This document shows positions 20,688-30,367 of a stretch of 61,199 nt of DNA, piece by piece. Origin of the DNA: Nitrospirales bacterium. Its GTDB lineage: Bacteria > Nitrospirota > Nitrospiria > Nitrospirales > UBA8639. The notes beneath the pieces were generated by a model that was not told where the DNA came from, ran no database searches, and worked only from the letters and a program-made list of their open reading frames with translations. The stretch's first letter is position 1. Every line of letters starts with the position of its first letter. Location: positions 1 through 61,199 of the forward strand of contig BQIZ01000001.1 in assembly GCA_021604365.1 (NCBI GenBank), given 5' to 3'. The position numbers were made by a program, and so were the translations under genes.

Positions 20688-21428
20688 GTGAAAAAAAAAC
20701 ATGAGGAACATGAGAATCACGAACGATGGCTGGTCTCCTATGCCGATTTCATTACCTTGCTGTTTGCCTTTTTTGTGGTGATGTACTCAGTCTCCTCCGT
20801 TAATGAAGGGAAATTCAAGGTCCTCAGCGAATCCCTGGTGAGTTCCTTTAACAACAAGAAGACCGTGGGAGATCTTTCAATCGTGAGTCTTCCCATAAAC
20901 AGGAATACTCCTATTCAGGTGAAAGTCAAACCTTCTTCAGGGGACAATGCTCGGGCCTTCTTAAGCGTGGCCAATGCAATTACCGCAGCGAATATTCCTC
21001 AAGGGGTGCAGATCACCACGACGGAACGTGGTTTGAATATTAGGATCAAAGACGATGCGTTGTTTCAAAGTGGTAGTGCCAGGCTGAATCCACAAATTAA
21101 AGAATTTATTGATCTCATTGCCAGCCTCGTCAAGGAGTTGCCCAATTTTATTGCCGTTGAAGGGCATACGGACAATCAACCGATTCGATCGTCTCTCTAT
21201 CCCTCCAATTGGGATCTTTCTACTGCCAGGGCCAATACCTTGGTCCGATATTTGATCGACCAGCATCATCTCGCTGATTATCGACTGTCCTCAACGGGCT
21301 ATGCGGGGACTCGTCCTGTCGAGTTAAATGATACCCCACAGGGACAAGCCTCTAACCGTCGAGTAGAACTCATTGTGCTGAAGAATACACCTTCCGACAT
21401 AGATTCCTCGCACCCCTACCTTCCCTAG
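20688..21428 (+). CDS. motB: Flagellar stator protein MotB (OmpA-like C-terminus)
   Basis: WLVSYADFITLLFAFFVVMY, EGHTD, NWDLSTARA and NRRVE. Confidence 0.96.
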   Translation: MKKKHEEHENHERWLVSYADFITLLFAFFVVMYSVSSVNEGKFKVLSESLVSSFNNKKTVGDLSIVSLPINRNTPIQVKVKPSSGDNARAFLSVANAITAANIPQGVQITTTERGLNIRIKDDALFQSGSARLNPQIKEFIDLIASLVKELPNFIAVEGHTDNQPIRSSLYPSNWDLSTARANTLVRYLIDQHHLADYRLSSTGYAGTRPVELNDTPQGQASNRRVELIVLKNTPSDIDSSHPYLP

Positions 21429-21703
21429 AGTCTATTTCACGATCTGTCAACGGGAGTATTGCCTGACCCGGTCCCTCTCTTTTACTAGGCAGGATCAGGC
21501 CAATGGGGAAAGTAATGCCGGTATGGGCCAGTGCGCTTCCCGTGATTACAACGGCTCTCAGTTTTAGACAATAAAGGTTCATTAGGCACCAATTGCGAAT
21601 TTGGCTATACTGGTGCCAGGTTTGTGGAGTGAAAGGTCCCCTTCCCTAGAAAATTCTATCTTCCGGCTCTCTTCATTGGTCAAAACATCCGTCCCTACCT
21701 TAT

Positions 21704-21719
21704 TGGCACATGCGTTGCA
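21704..21719 (+). promoter_or_regulatory. Sigma54 -24/-12 promoter for the flgF operon
   Basis: TGGCAC-ATGCG-TTGCA, an exact consensus, 35 nt upstream of the flgF ATG. Confidence 0.8.
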
Positions 21720-21753
21720 GAATTCTTCGGGTATTCACCTCAAGGAGGAAGCA

Positions 21754-22473
21754 ATGAACCGAGGTATTTATCCCCCCTTAGCCGGGGCGATTACACTTGA
21801 ACACCGCATGGAAGTTCTCTCTCATAATATTGGGAATGTGCATACCACCGGGTTTAAAAAGGATAAGCCGGTCTTCGCCACCATCCTGGGACAGACCTCA
21901 GGACCGTCAGTGCCTGGAATAGATTTATTTCCCACAATGGACGGCCTTCCGCCAGATCGTTCTCAAGGCGCTTTGTTTCAGACGGGAGAACCGTTAGATG
22001 TGGGGTTGGAGGGCAATGGGTTTTTGGTTGCTCAAACCCCGGATGGATTGCGCTATTACCGTGGTGGGAAATTGTATCGAAATGCGAACGGTAATTTAGT
22101 GGCACATACTGGTGACCCACTCCTAGGAAAGAAAGGGTCTATTACTCTTCCGCCTGGGGATGTTGTGATCGGGGTCGATGGGACTCTCAGGGTCAATAAT
22201 CAGGTTGTGGACAAGTTGCGGGTGGATACAATTGCGGATGGACAAGAAACCGTCAAGGTGGGCAATTTATTCTGGACCGTGCCAGATCAGGTTGTCGCCG
22301 ATAAGCAGACCACGGTGCACCAAGGCATGTTGGAACAATCCAACGTGAATCCGGCTTTGGATATGGTTGAGTTGATCAAAGTGACTAGAGAATATGAGCA
22401 AATGCAGAAGGCGATTAAAGCGATGGATGAACTGGCGGCCCAGGCTATTCAAGCAGGTCGGGTTCAAGGATGA
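21754..22473 (+). CDS. flgF: Flagellar basal-body rod protein FlgF
   Basis: HNIGNVHTTGFK, TGEPLD and LEQSNVN..MVELI..REYE. AAGGAGG RBS before 21754. Precedes flgG. Confidence 0.9.
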   Translation: MNRGIYPPLAGAITLEHRMEVLSHNIGNVHTTGFKKDKPVFATILGQTSGPSVPGIDLFPTMDGLPPDRSQGALFQTGEPLDVGLEGNGFLVAQTPDGLRYYRGGKLYRNANGNLVAHTGDPLLGKKGSITLPPGDVVIGVDGTLRVNNQVVDKLRVDTIADGQETVKVGNLFWTVPDQVVADKQTTVHQGMLEQSNVNPALDMVELIKVTREYEQMQKAIKAMDELAAQAIQAGRVQG

Positions 22474-22567
22474 TGCTTCACAAGCATCCTGAAAGCCATA
22501 TGACGTTATTGCTGTGTGACCATGCCCTGGGGATTAAGGCACAGTACAAAAAGGGAGACCATCCAGA

Positions 22568-23359
22568 ATGATTCGAGCGATGCATACTGCTTCAACGGGC
22601 ATGTCTGCCCAACAACTCAATATTGACACGATCGCCAATAATCTCGCCAACGTGAATACGACCGGATTCAAACGAAGTCGAGCTGAATTTGCGGATCTTT
22701 TGTCTCAGATTGCTCGGCTCCCTGGAGCCAGTGCTTCGAATGTTGGGGTGTTTCCGGTCGGCATTCAGGTCGGGCTGGGCGTGAGACCCGTCAGTGTCGC
22801 CAAGGAATATGTTCAAGGAAGCCTCAAGCAAACGACCAATCCGTTGGATCTGGCAATCGAAGGGGTTGGGTTTTTCCAAGTTACACGTCCGGATGGGACT
22901 ACGATGTATACACGGGCGGGATCCTTCAAGCAAGACAATACGGGCAACGTGGTATCGGGAGATGGCGATCAGCTGATTCCGAGCATTACTATTCCGTCCG
23001 GAGCACTTCAAGTCGATATTGGGCAGGATGGAACTGTGTCCGCATTATTACCAGGAGTATCCCAAGCCACGCAGGTCGGGCAAATTCAATTGGTGCGATT
23101 TGATAATCCGTCAGGCTTGATTGCCCAAGGCAATAATTTATTTTCAGAAAGTTCGTCTTCAGGTCCTGCTCAGCAGGGGACACCGGGATTTTCCACAGGA
23201 TTTGGAAATATTCAGCAAGGATTTCTTGAAATATCCAATGTGAATATTGCGGATGAAATGGTCAACATGATCATTGCTCAACGTGCCTATGAACTGAATG
23301 CGAAAGCCATTCAGGCATCGGACGAAATGATGCAGGTTGTGAATGGACTCAGGCGCTAG
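22568..23359 (+). CDS. flgG: Flagellar basal-body rod protein FlgG
   Basis: IANNLANVNTTGFK, YTRAGSF and SNVNIADEMVNMIIAQRAYE. Confidence 0.96.
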   Translation: MIRAMHTASTGMSAQQLNIDTIANNLANVNTTGFKRSRAEFADLLSQIARLPGASASNVGVFPVGIQVGLGVRPVSVAKEYVQGSLKQTTNPLDLAIEGVGFFQVTRPDGTTMYTRAGSFKQDNTGNVVSGDGDQLIPSITIPSGALQVDIGQDGTVSALLPGVSQATQVGQIQLVRFDNPSGLIAQGNNLFSESSSSGPAQQGTPGFSTGFGNIQQGFLEISNVNIADEMVNMIIAQRAYELNAKAIQASDEMMQVVNGLRR

Positions 23360-23370
23360 AGGAGAAAAAT

Positions 23371-24126
23371 TTGATGCCAAGCATTTTATTACTGGGATTG
23401 TTTCTGTGCGGGCATGGGTGGGGGACAGCCGAAGGAATGGCTTGGGCGGAAGACCCGGTCTCACCGACCCCAGTCCGTCTGAATACGCAATCGGTAGGTG
23501 TCAAAGATTTCGAGCGGGTAATCGTGGCTGAACTGACACGTCGATATGGACGTCCGCATCATCAGGTGTCGTTTCGGGTATTGTTCCCCAAACAATTGGT
23601 GGAGGTACCCAAAGGAAAACTTCATCTTGAAATCGGAGTATGGTCAGGAGGCGGAAGGACTGGTCGACGTGCCTTTCGAGTAGGGGTCTTTGTCAATCAG
23701 CAATTTCTCCAAACCGTGAATGTTGTGGGTGAAGTGAAGGCCCAAGTCGAAGTGGCGACCCCAATTCGCTGGTTGAAACCGAAAGAGGTTGTGATTGTCG
23801 AGGACCTGTCTTCGATGATGGTCGATGCACCTTCACTGACGCATGATTTTATTCTTGATCTTGACGAAGTCGTGGGGAAACAGGTCTTACGTCCATTGCC
23901 TCCAAGCCAACCGATTCGGAAAATAATGTTGGACGACCCACCAATGATTCATAAGGGTGATCGAGTGATGATTGAGGTCAGGGGTGAAGGCCTGCTGGTT
24001 CAGACCGTAGGAGTAGCCAAATCGGCTGGAAAAATGGGGGAAACCATTCCCGTTAAAAATCAGACGTCGGGTCGGGAGGTGTTAGGTACGGTTATGGCAT
24101 CGGGGCTTGTGGAGGTAGGATTTTGA
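23371..24126 (+). CDS. flgA: P-ring formation chaperone FlgA
   Basis: Signal peptide, SAF-like domain and GETIPVKNQTSGR. Lies between flgG and flgH. Confidence 0.9.
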   Translation: MMPSILLLGLFLCGHGWGTAEGMAWAEDPVSPTPVRLNTQSVGVKDFERVIVAELTRRYGRPHHQVSFRVLFPKQLVEVPKGKLHLEIGVWSGGGRTGRRAFRVGVFVNQQFLQTVNVVGEVKAQVEVATPIRWLKPKEVVIVEDLSSMMVDAPSLTHDFILDLDEVVGKQVLRPLPPSQPIRKIMLDDPPMIHKGDRVMIEVRGEGLLVQTVGVAKSAGKMGETIPVKNQTSGREVLGTVMASGLVEVGF

Positions 24127-24824
24127 GAGTTGGACGGTTAATGACCAGATTCGGAGCGGGAGGAATCGCTCTGCTGATAATCGTGAGTGGTTGGACGGGC
24201 TGTGCCAAAGAAAAAACAATGACACAAATCGAAGCCGAGCCGAACATCCATACAAAGGATACACCATCCTCCCTGGGTTCCTTATGGGATCCGGAAAACG
24301 GGCGGGCCTTCATGTTCGAGGATCGACGAGCCGGTCGCATCGGGGACATCGTCGTTGTGCAAATTGTGGAACAACACAGAGGTTCCAAAAAAGCGAACAC
24401 GAAAGCAGACCGAGATTCCAGCCTATCAGCTGGCGTAAGTGGGGGACTCTTCGGGATTAACACCCTCACCCAGAAGTTTGCAGAATATTTCAATATTGAT
24501 GCTGGGACTTCCCATGAATTTGAGGGCGACGGGTCGACAAGCCGGGAAGATACTCTGACGGGCACCATTGCCGCCAATGTGATTGAAGTCTTTCCGAACG
24601 GAGATCTACGGATTCGTGGAAAACGGGAGGTAACGGTTAATAGTGAAACGCAAACAATGACCATAAAAGGTATTGTCCGCCGGATCGATCTGGATACCGA
24701 GAACATGGTCTTGTCATCCAAGGTTGCTGATGCAGAAATTTCCTATACCGGATTAGGTGTGGTGGACGATGTTCAGAGACCGGGATGGGCCACCAGAATT
24801 TTTGACTGGATTACGCCGTTTTAG
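24123..24824 (+). CDS. flgH: Flagellar L-ring lipoprotein FlgH
   Basis: Lipobox WTGC, DRRA..GDIV, PNGDLRIRG, GIVRRID and VADAEISY. Confidence 0.95.
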   Translation: MRVGRLMTRFGAGGIALLIIVSGWTGCAKEKTMTQIEAEPNIHTKDTPSSLGSLWDPENGRAFMFEDRRAGRIGDIVVVQIVEQHRGSKKANTKADRDSSLSAGVSGGLFGINTLTQKFAEYFNIDAGTSHEFEGDGSTSREDTLTGTIAANVIEVFPNGDLRIRGKREVTVNSETQTMTIKGIVRRIDLDTENMVLSSKVADAEISYTGLGVVDDVQRPGWATRIFDWITPF

Positions 24825-24874
24825 GATTTGGAGCTGAATTAATTTTTCTTTCTTTGACCCAACTGGAGAATTTC

Positions 24875-26089
24875 GTGATTCATCCATCGTCCTTTATGAA
24901 AAGTCACGCAAAATTAAAACAATTCACGCGAACATGGTTTTCCCGATGGGGTTTGGTCTTGGTTTGCTGTAGTGGATGGCTCATGGTTGGTACTGGGTCT
25001 TTGACCGAACCGGCGGAAACTCAGGCTGCCCGGATTAAAGATATTGCCTCTATCGAAGGCGTGCGTGAAAACCAGTTGGTTGGGTACGGCTTAATTGTTG
25101 GTTTGGACCGGACCGGTGATTCCGTCGTCGGTGGTCAATTTACCGCGCAAGCCATTATTTCCATGTTGAATACCATGGGACTCAAACTCAATATCGACCC
25201 CATTCAATTGCTAACTAAAAATACCGCGTCGGTGATGGTGACGGCCAAACTGCCACCCTTCGCGAGGCCGGGCATGAAGTTGGATGTCCAGGTCTCTTCT
25301 ATGGCCAATGCCAAAAGCTTGCGAGGAGGCACCTTGTTACTGACCCCACTCAAAGCGGCCAATCAACAGGTGTACGCCGTTGCACAAGGGCCCCTTTCCA
25401 CATCGGGGTTTGAAGCCGGGGCTGGGGGAACCACAGTGAAGAAGAATCAACAATCCGGTGGAATTATTCCTGGTGGAGCGATTGTTGAACGATCGGTAGA
25501 TTTGGACATGCAGGCGTGGGAGAAATTTTCATTGACTATGCACCAGGCCGATTTCGTGACGGCATTGCGAGTGTCTGAGGCCATCAATACGCATCTTGGC
25601 GATGGGGTCGCCTCGGCGCTCAATTCTGGACAGATTCAAGTGGGGATTCCCGAACGGTTTCAGGGTAAGATTGTCCAAATGATTGCTGCGGTTGAAGGGT
25701 TGGATGTGCATGTGGACGTCCTGGCAAAGGTGGTGGTGAATGAAAGAACGGGAACGATAGTCATGGGTGAACATGTACGGTTGGCGAGTATGGCCATTTC
25801 TCATGGCGATCTGACCATCAAGGTTGGAACGCAGTTTAATGTCTCTCAACCTGAGTCCGCCTTTATTGGTCGGGGAGCGCAGGGTGCCGGGAGAACCGTG
25901 GTGACCCCGGATGTACAAACCGATGTTCAAGAAGAGGAGGGGCGAGTGATTCAAGTCGATAGTTCTGTTACGCTTGGGGATTTAGTGAAGGCATTGAATT
26001 CATTGGGTGTGACTCCTCTGGATTTGGTTGCTGTACTAACGGCGGCCAAGGCGGCAGGAGCGCTCCAAGCAGACTTGGAATTGATCTAA
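24875..26089 (+). CDS. flgI: Flagellar P-ring protein FlgI
   Basis: RIKDIA..GVRENQLVGYGLIVGL..TGD, VVNERTGTIV and AGALQADL. Start is uncertain (GTG 24875 or ATG 24896). Confidence 0.95.
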   Translation: MIHPSSFMKSHAKLKQFTRTWFSRWGLVLVCCSGWLMVGTGSLTEPAETQAARIKDIASIEGVRENQLVGYGLIVGLDRTGDSVVGGQFTAQAIISMLNTMGLKLNIDPIQLLTKNTASVMVTAKLPPFARPGMKLDVQVSSMANAKSLRGGTLLLTPLKAANQQVYAVAQGPLSTSGFEAGAGGTTVKKNQQSGGIIPGGAIVERSVDLDMQAWEKFSLTMHQADFVTALRVSEAINTHLGDGVASALNSGQIQVGIPERFQGKIVQMIAAVEGLDVHVDVLAKVVVNERTGTIVMGEHVRLASMAISHGDLTIKVGTQFNVSQPESAFIGRGAQGAGRTVVTPDVQTDVQEEEGRVIQVDSSVTLGDLVKALNSLGVTPLDLVAVLTAAKAAGALQADLELI

Positions 26090-26140
26090 TCTCGGAACAG
26101 AAGGGGTGTTCATGACGGTCTGTTAGAAAGGATAAAGGCC

Positions 26141-26497
26141 ATGATTTCTGATATGTTTTCCTTGGATATGACGGGTCTCTCCCATTCTGTATCTAGTGGC
26201 AAAATAGGTCGCGTGGAAGAATCGGCTCGTCGAGGGGAATTATTACGCGCCAGCCAGGAATTTGAATCATATTTCCTGTCCTATTTGATGAAGGTGATGC
26301 GAGAGACAGTCCCCAAAGGCGAGTTAACGTCCAACCCCATGGGGGAGATGTATTATTCATTTTATGACGAAGAAATTGGCAAGCGTGCAGCTCAAACGGG
26401 TGGGATTGGTCTTTCGGCCTATGTTTTGGACACGGTGGCCAGGAATGAAGACCTCACCCGTTCTCCCGCATCAGGTCCCCCTTTTTTGAAATCATAA
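26141..26497 (+). CDS. flgJ: Short FlgJ (rod-binding domain only)
   Basis: LLRASQEFESYF..MRETVP and GGIGLS. Follows flgI. Confidence 0.85.
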   Translation: MISDMFSLDMTGLSHSVSSGKIGRVEESARRGELLRASQEFESYFLSYLMKVMRETVPKGELTSNPMGEMYYSFYDEEIGKRAAQTGGIGLSAYVLDTVARNEDLTRSPASGPPFLKS

Positions 26498-26506
26498 GAG
26501 GTTCTG

Positions 26507-26534
26507 TAAAGTTTAATGGTGTTGCTTCCGATAC
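26507..26534 (+). promoter_or_regulatory. Sigma28 promoter for flgM-flgN-flgK-flgL
   Basis: TAAAGTTT-N12-TCCGATAC. Confidence 0.7.
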
Positions 26535-26558
26535 ATATAGAGAAGGAGGCAAGATGCC

Positions 26559-26879
26559 ATGACCATACGGGGCCTTGATCCCAGTGGAGAGCTAGGGAAA
26601 CTATTTTTTCACGTTCAAGCGAAAAATCTTCAAACCCAGGAGGCTGGACCGTCACGGGCCTCCCAGCACTCTTCGTCTGCTGATCCTGTTGATCTTTCCG
26701 TCCTGGCACAGGAAATTCGTGACTATTCGATTCGAGTGGCGCAGTTTCCTGAGGTGAGAGAAGACAAAATCAACCGCATTCAGCAGGCATTGGAAACGGG
26801 GACCCAATTAGCGACCTCTGGTCAGGTCGCTGATGCCTTGACCCGTGAGACGATACTGAACGAGTTGGGAACAAAATAA
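26559..26879 (+). CDS. flgM: Anti-sigma28 factor FlgM
   Basis: DPVDLS, PEVREDKINRIQQALETG and VADAL. Synteny. Confidence 0.85.
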   Translation: MTIRGLDPSGELGKLFFHVQAKNLQTQEAGPSRASQHSSSADPVDLSVLAQEIRDYSIRVAQFPEVREDKINRIQQALETGTQLATSGQVADALTRETILNELGTK

Positions 26880-26912
26880 TTATCGAAGGTTCATGAGGGG
26901 AATGGCAAGTCG

Positions 26913-27410
26913 ATGAATCACCCTCAGTCGGCGAAGTGGGAACGACTGCTGAAGGCATTGGCCGAGGCTCAGGCGGCTTTTCAGCAGTATGGTGTGTTGC
27001 TTTTTCAAGAAGCCCATAGCCTACGCATCATGGATCAGCCCAAGTTGGTCGAAGTGAACAGCCAAAAAGAACAAGTTTTGGATACGATGCGCCGATTAGA
27101 AATGCAGGTGGAGAGTGAATTGCATCAGTTAGTCGGGGATGTCGCTCAAGAGACCCTTTGGACCTGGTTGAAGGCAGAATCGGACCCACAGGCACAATCG
27201 GCACAAAGCATGTTGATTGACCTTCGCCGTTTGGCGCAGCTTATTCAGGAGCAAGGAAAAAAAAATGAATCTGCAATTCGGCCGATCTATCACAGGGTCT
27301 GTGAGGCGATTCAAGTGATGTATACAGGGTTAGGGACAGGTCCGGTGTATCAGGGATCCGGATCATTACATTTTCCATCGGTTCCTAGCTCGGTCTATCT
27401 CCAGGGATAG
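26913..27410 (+). CDS. flgN: Flagellar export chaperone FlgN
   Basis: Helical 165-aa protein between flgM and flgK. Confidence 0.75.
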   Translation: MNHPQSAKWERLLKALAEAQAAFQQYGVLLFQEAHSLRIMDQPKLVEVNSQKEQVLDTMRRLEMQVESELHQLVGDVAQETLWTWLKAESDPQAQSAQSMLIDLRRLAQLIQEQGKKNESAIRPIYHRVCEAIQVMYTGLGTGPVYQGSGSLHFPSVPSSVYLQG

Positions 27411-27417
27411 GACTCTT

Positions 27418-29064
27418 ATGGCGGGCATCAGTGACATTTTTAATATCGCGCGTTCGGGAATTCGTGCCAACCAACAAGGGCTCGCGACCACATCCCATAA
27501 CATCGCCAATATCAATACCAAGGGCTATTCCAGACAGGAAGTTGTCCTTGAGTCAGCGCGGCCCGCTGAAGGGAAAATTGGGAGCGGGGTCCGGGTTAGT
27601 GCTATTCGTCAGACCGTCGATACCTTCTTGGAAAAGCAATTGACCGCCCTCAATGAGGATTTGGGATCTATTTCGGCCAGGAACAATTACCTGGTTCAAA
27701 CCGATGGGATTTTTACCGAAACGGATAATTCCGGACTATCGTTGAGTCTGACAGAATTTTTCAATGCCGTTCGGGATGTTGCCACGAATCCAGAAAGTAC
27801 TATTCAGCGGACGGTCCTGTTGGCCAAGGGGCAATCCCTCACCGACCAGTTTAGGACGGTGGCTCAAGGGTTAAATCAAATCCGCTTGGATGCCGATGGA
27901 GAAATTTCCAGACATGTCGACACCATTAATGGGTTGGCAACAAAAATCGCCTCGCTGAATGATGTTATTTTTAAAGTAGAATCCAGTGGACCTGAAGCTC
28001 CTGATTTACGGGATCAACGACGGGTCCTCATTAATGATTTGGCGGGGTTAGTGGATATTGAGCAGGTATCCATAAAAGATGGCATCGGAATTAATGTAGG
28101 TGGACAATTGTTGGTAGGGGGAAATCATGCAAATGAACTGTCGACTAAATCCGACCCCGACAACCCCCCGCTGCATGATGTGACGTTCGTGCGCAGTGAC
28201 GGGAGTGAGTATTCAATATCCGATAAGATTTATGGAGGACAAATCGGCGGATTACTCGCTCTGCGTGATGGGGATATTGTGAAGTTTCAGGACCAAGTCG
28301 ATCGATTAGCGGCAGTTTTAACTACCGAATTTAATCAACAACATCAGGTTGGGTATGGGTTGGATGCCACCACGAATAATAATTTCTTTTCCACGTTAAC
28401 TCCCTCAGCCCCTCTGGCCAATGAGCGGAATACGGGAAGCGCCACCGGCAGTTCGGTAACGATTGCAGATTCTACTCTTGCAACGTTTCAGGGATATGAG
28501 GTGCAGTTTTCCGGAGCCACCTCCTATTCTGTCCTCAATACGGCGACCGGAGCGAATGTGACCTCCGGTGCTTATACCTCTGGAACACCACTGAGTTTTG
28601 ATGGGTTGGATGTCGTGATCAACGGGACGCCGGCTGCGGGCGATGTGTTTTATGTGAATGCTCAAAAAGGCGCCGCACTGCAAATCGGTGTGGCACTGTC
28701 GGATACCGACAAGATAGCGGCTTCTTCTGCGGCTGCAGGAATTCCGGGGAACAACAGCAATGCATTGGATCTGGTGGCTGTTCATACGAACCGGCAAGTG
28801 GATCTGGGTAATGTGACACTCAATGATTATCACACCATTACGATTGGAGATGTCGGGAGTGCCACGCAGAAATCGACACAGGCGCTACATAGTAAACAGC
28901 TCGAAGTCGATCAAGTGACGGCCTTGCGAGAAAGTGTCTCTGGTGTTTCATTGGATGAGGAGCTGACCAATCTGCTCAGTTTTCAGCGTTCATTCGAAGC
29001 CTCGGCCCGGATGATTACGGTGGCGGATGAATTGATGCAGACTATGCTGTCGATGGGTCGCTAA
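27418..29064 (+). CDS. flgK: Hook-associated protein FlgK
   Basis: SHNIANINTKGYSRQ, LRDQR and SVSGVSLDEELTNLLSFQRSFEASAR. Confidence 0.96.
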   Translation: MAGISDIFNIARSGIRANQQGLATTSHNIANINTKGYSRQEVVLESARPAEGKIGSGVRVSAIRQTVDTFLEKQLTALNEDLGSISARNNYLVQTDGIFTETDNSGLSLSLTEFFNAVRDVATNPESTIQRTVLLAKGQSLTDQFRTVAQGLNQIRLDADGEISRHVDTINGLATKIASLNDVIFKVESSGPEAPDLRDQRRVLINDLAGLVDIEQVSIKDGIGINVGGQLLVGGNHANELSTKSDPDNPPLHDVTFVRSDGSEYSISDKIYGGQIGGLLALRDGDIVKFQDQVDRLAAVLTTEFNQQHQVGYGLDATTNNNFFSTLTPSAPLANERNTGSATGSSVTIADSTLATFQGYEVQFSGATSYSVLNTATGANVTSGAYTSGTPLSFDGLDVVINGTPAAGDVFYVNAQKGAALQIGVALSDTDKIAASSAAAGIPGNNSNALDLVAVHTNRQVDLGNVTLNDYHTITIGDVGSATQKSTQALHSKQLEVDQVTALRESVSGVSLDEELTNLLSFQRSFEASARMITVADELMQTMLSMGR

Positions 29065-29144
29065 CCTTTTTAGTGAGGCAACTAGCTGGGATAGGTCATC
29101 ACTGATGACAGATCGAGATCTGTCGGAATAGGACGAACAATCGA

Positions 29145-30296
29145 ATGCGGGTGACTGATCGTCAACAGGTTGATGTTTTACTAAGGGCGATTCAACGTAT
29201 TCAGGGAAATATTGGGGATCGCAATGAGCAAGTTTCTTCAGGGAAGCTGGTAAATCGCCCCTCGGATGATCCTGCTGCGTCCGAACGGATCAATCAGTTT
29301 CGAAATGTCCTGCGAACGACTGAACACCGTTTGGCCACTGTGAATGAAGGGGTGGGAAGGCTCAATTTATCCGATAGCGTTCTGGGGACTGCTGGGAATA
29401 CGATGCAGAGGGCGAAAGAACTGGCCTTAAATATGGCGAGCGATACCAATACGTCGGTGGAGCGACGAAATGCCGCTCTGGAAGTTCAGCAACTCATCTT
29501 AGGGGTAGCCGGTATTGCCAACACTCAACTTAACGGACGATTTCTGTTTGCGGGAACTCAAACGAAAACCGAGCCGTTTGTGCCGGGATCGGCAACGGGA
29601 TCAGCCAGCACCTCCAATGGAGGAAGCGCAAATATTGCTGTTTCTGTTGCTACGGTGTCGGCCTTACAACCGGATTCATATCAAATCCAATTTACCTCCT
29701 CAACGCAGTTTGATGTCCTGAATCTGACCACGAATCAAACCGTCTCATCAGGCAACACCTATTCATCCGGGGTGGCCTTCTCGTTTGATGGATTGGATGC
29801 CACCATTACTGACGGAGGCGGGCCGCCCGCCACTGGCGATAAATTTTTTGTACGAGTCGGCTATACCTATCAAGGTGATGGAGCGGCGATTGAGATGGAG
29901 ATTGGTGATGGCCGGACCGTCGAAACTAATGTTCCGGGGAACCAAATTTTTTCCGGCCCCACGGTGGATTTGTTTCAAGACCTTCAGGACTTTCATCAGG
30001 CTCTGGTGACGAATGATGTCCAGGGTATTCAGGCCGCCATCGGGCAATTGGATCAGTCCCACTCCCAAGTCACCGACGCCAGGGCTACAATCGGTGCCAG
30101 GGTCAATCGTCTGGAGACGATCAAGGATGGATTGGACCTGTTGAGTGTGAATACGCAAACGCTCCGGTCCAATTTTGAGGACGCCGATATTGCTCAAGTG
30201 GCCTCTGATTTGGCTACACTGCAAAACACCCTTGAAGCTTCGATGAGCACCCTGGCGCGTCAATTTCAGACGAGCTTGCTGAATTTCATAAAATAG
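29145..30296 (+). CDS. flgL: Hook-associated protein FlgL
   Basis: SSGKLVNRPSDDP, ANTQLNGRFLFAG, IGARVNRL and SLLNFIK. Confidence 0.95.
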   Translation: MRVTDRQQVDVLLRAIQRIQGNIGDRNEQVSSGKLVNRPSDDPAASERINQFRNVLRTTEHRLATVNEGVGRLNLSDSVLGTAGNTMQRAKELALNMASDTNTSVERRNAALEVQQLILGVAGIANTQLNGRFLFAGTQTKTEPFVPGSATGSASTSNGGSANIAVSVATVSALQPDSYQIQFTSSTQFDVLNLTTNQTVSSGNTYSSGVAFSFDGLDATITDGGGPPATGDKFFVRVGYTYQGDGAAIEMEIGDGRTVETNVPGNQIFSGPTVDLFQDLQDFHQALVTNDVQGIQAAIGQLDQSHSQVTDARATIGARVNRLETIKDGLDLLSVNTQTLRSNFEDADIAQVASDLATLQNTLEASMSTLARQFQTSLLNFIK

Positions 30297-30367
30297 GGCA
30301 TGAGCTCAGTCTTTTTCAATTCAACTGAACGCGTTATCCGTTGTGATTAAATAGGGACGACATCTCT

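Noticed and set aside
21601-21753. N-terminal extension of FlgF in the ORF track (similar cases for motA, cheV, fliW and the ORFs at 44559, 50126 and 60549)
   Set aside because: Downstream starts with an RBS or signal peptide fit better. The flgF extension spans its own sigma54 promoter.
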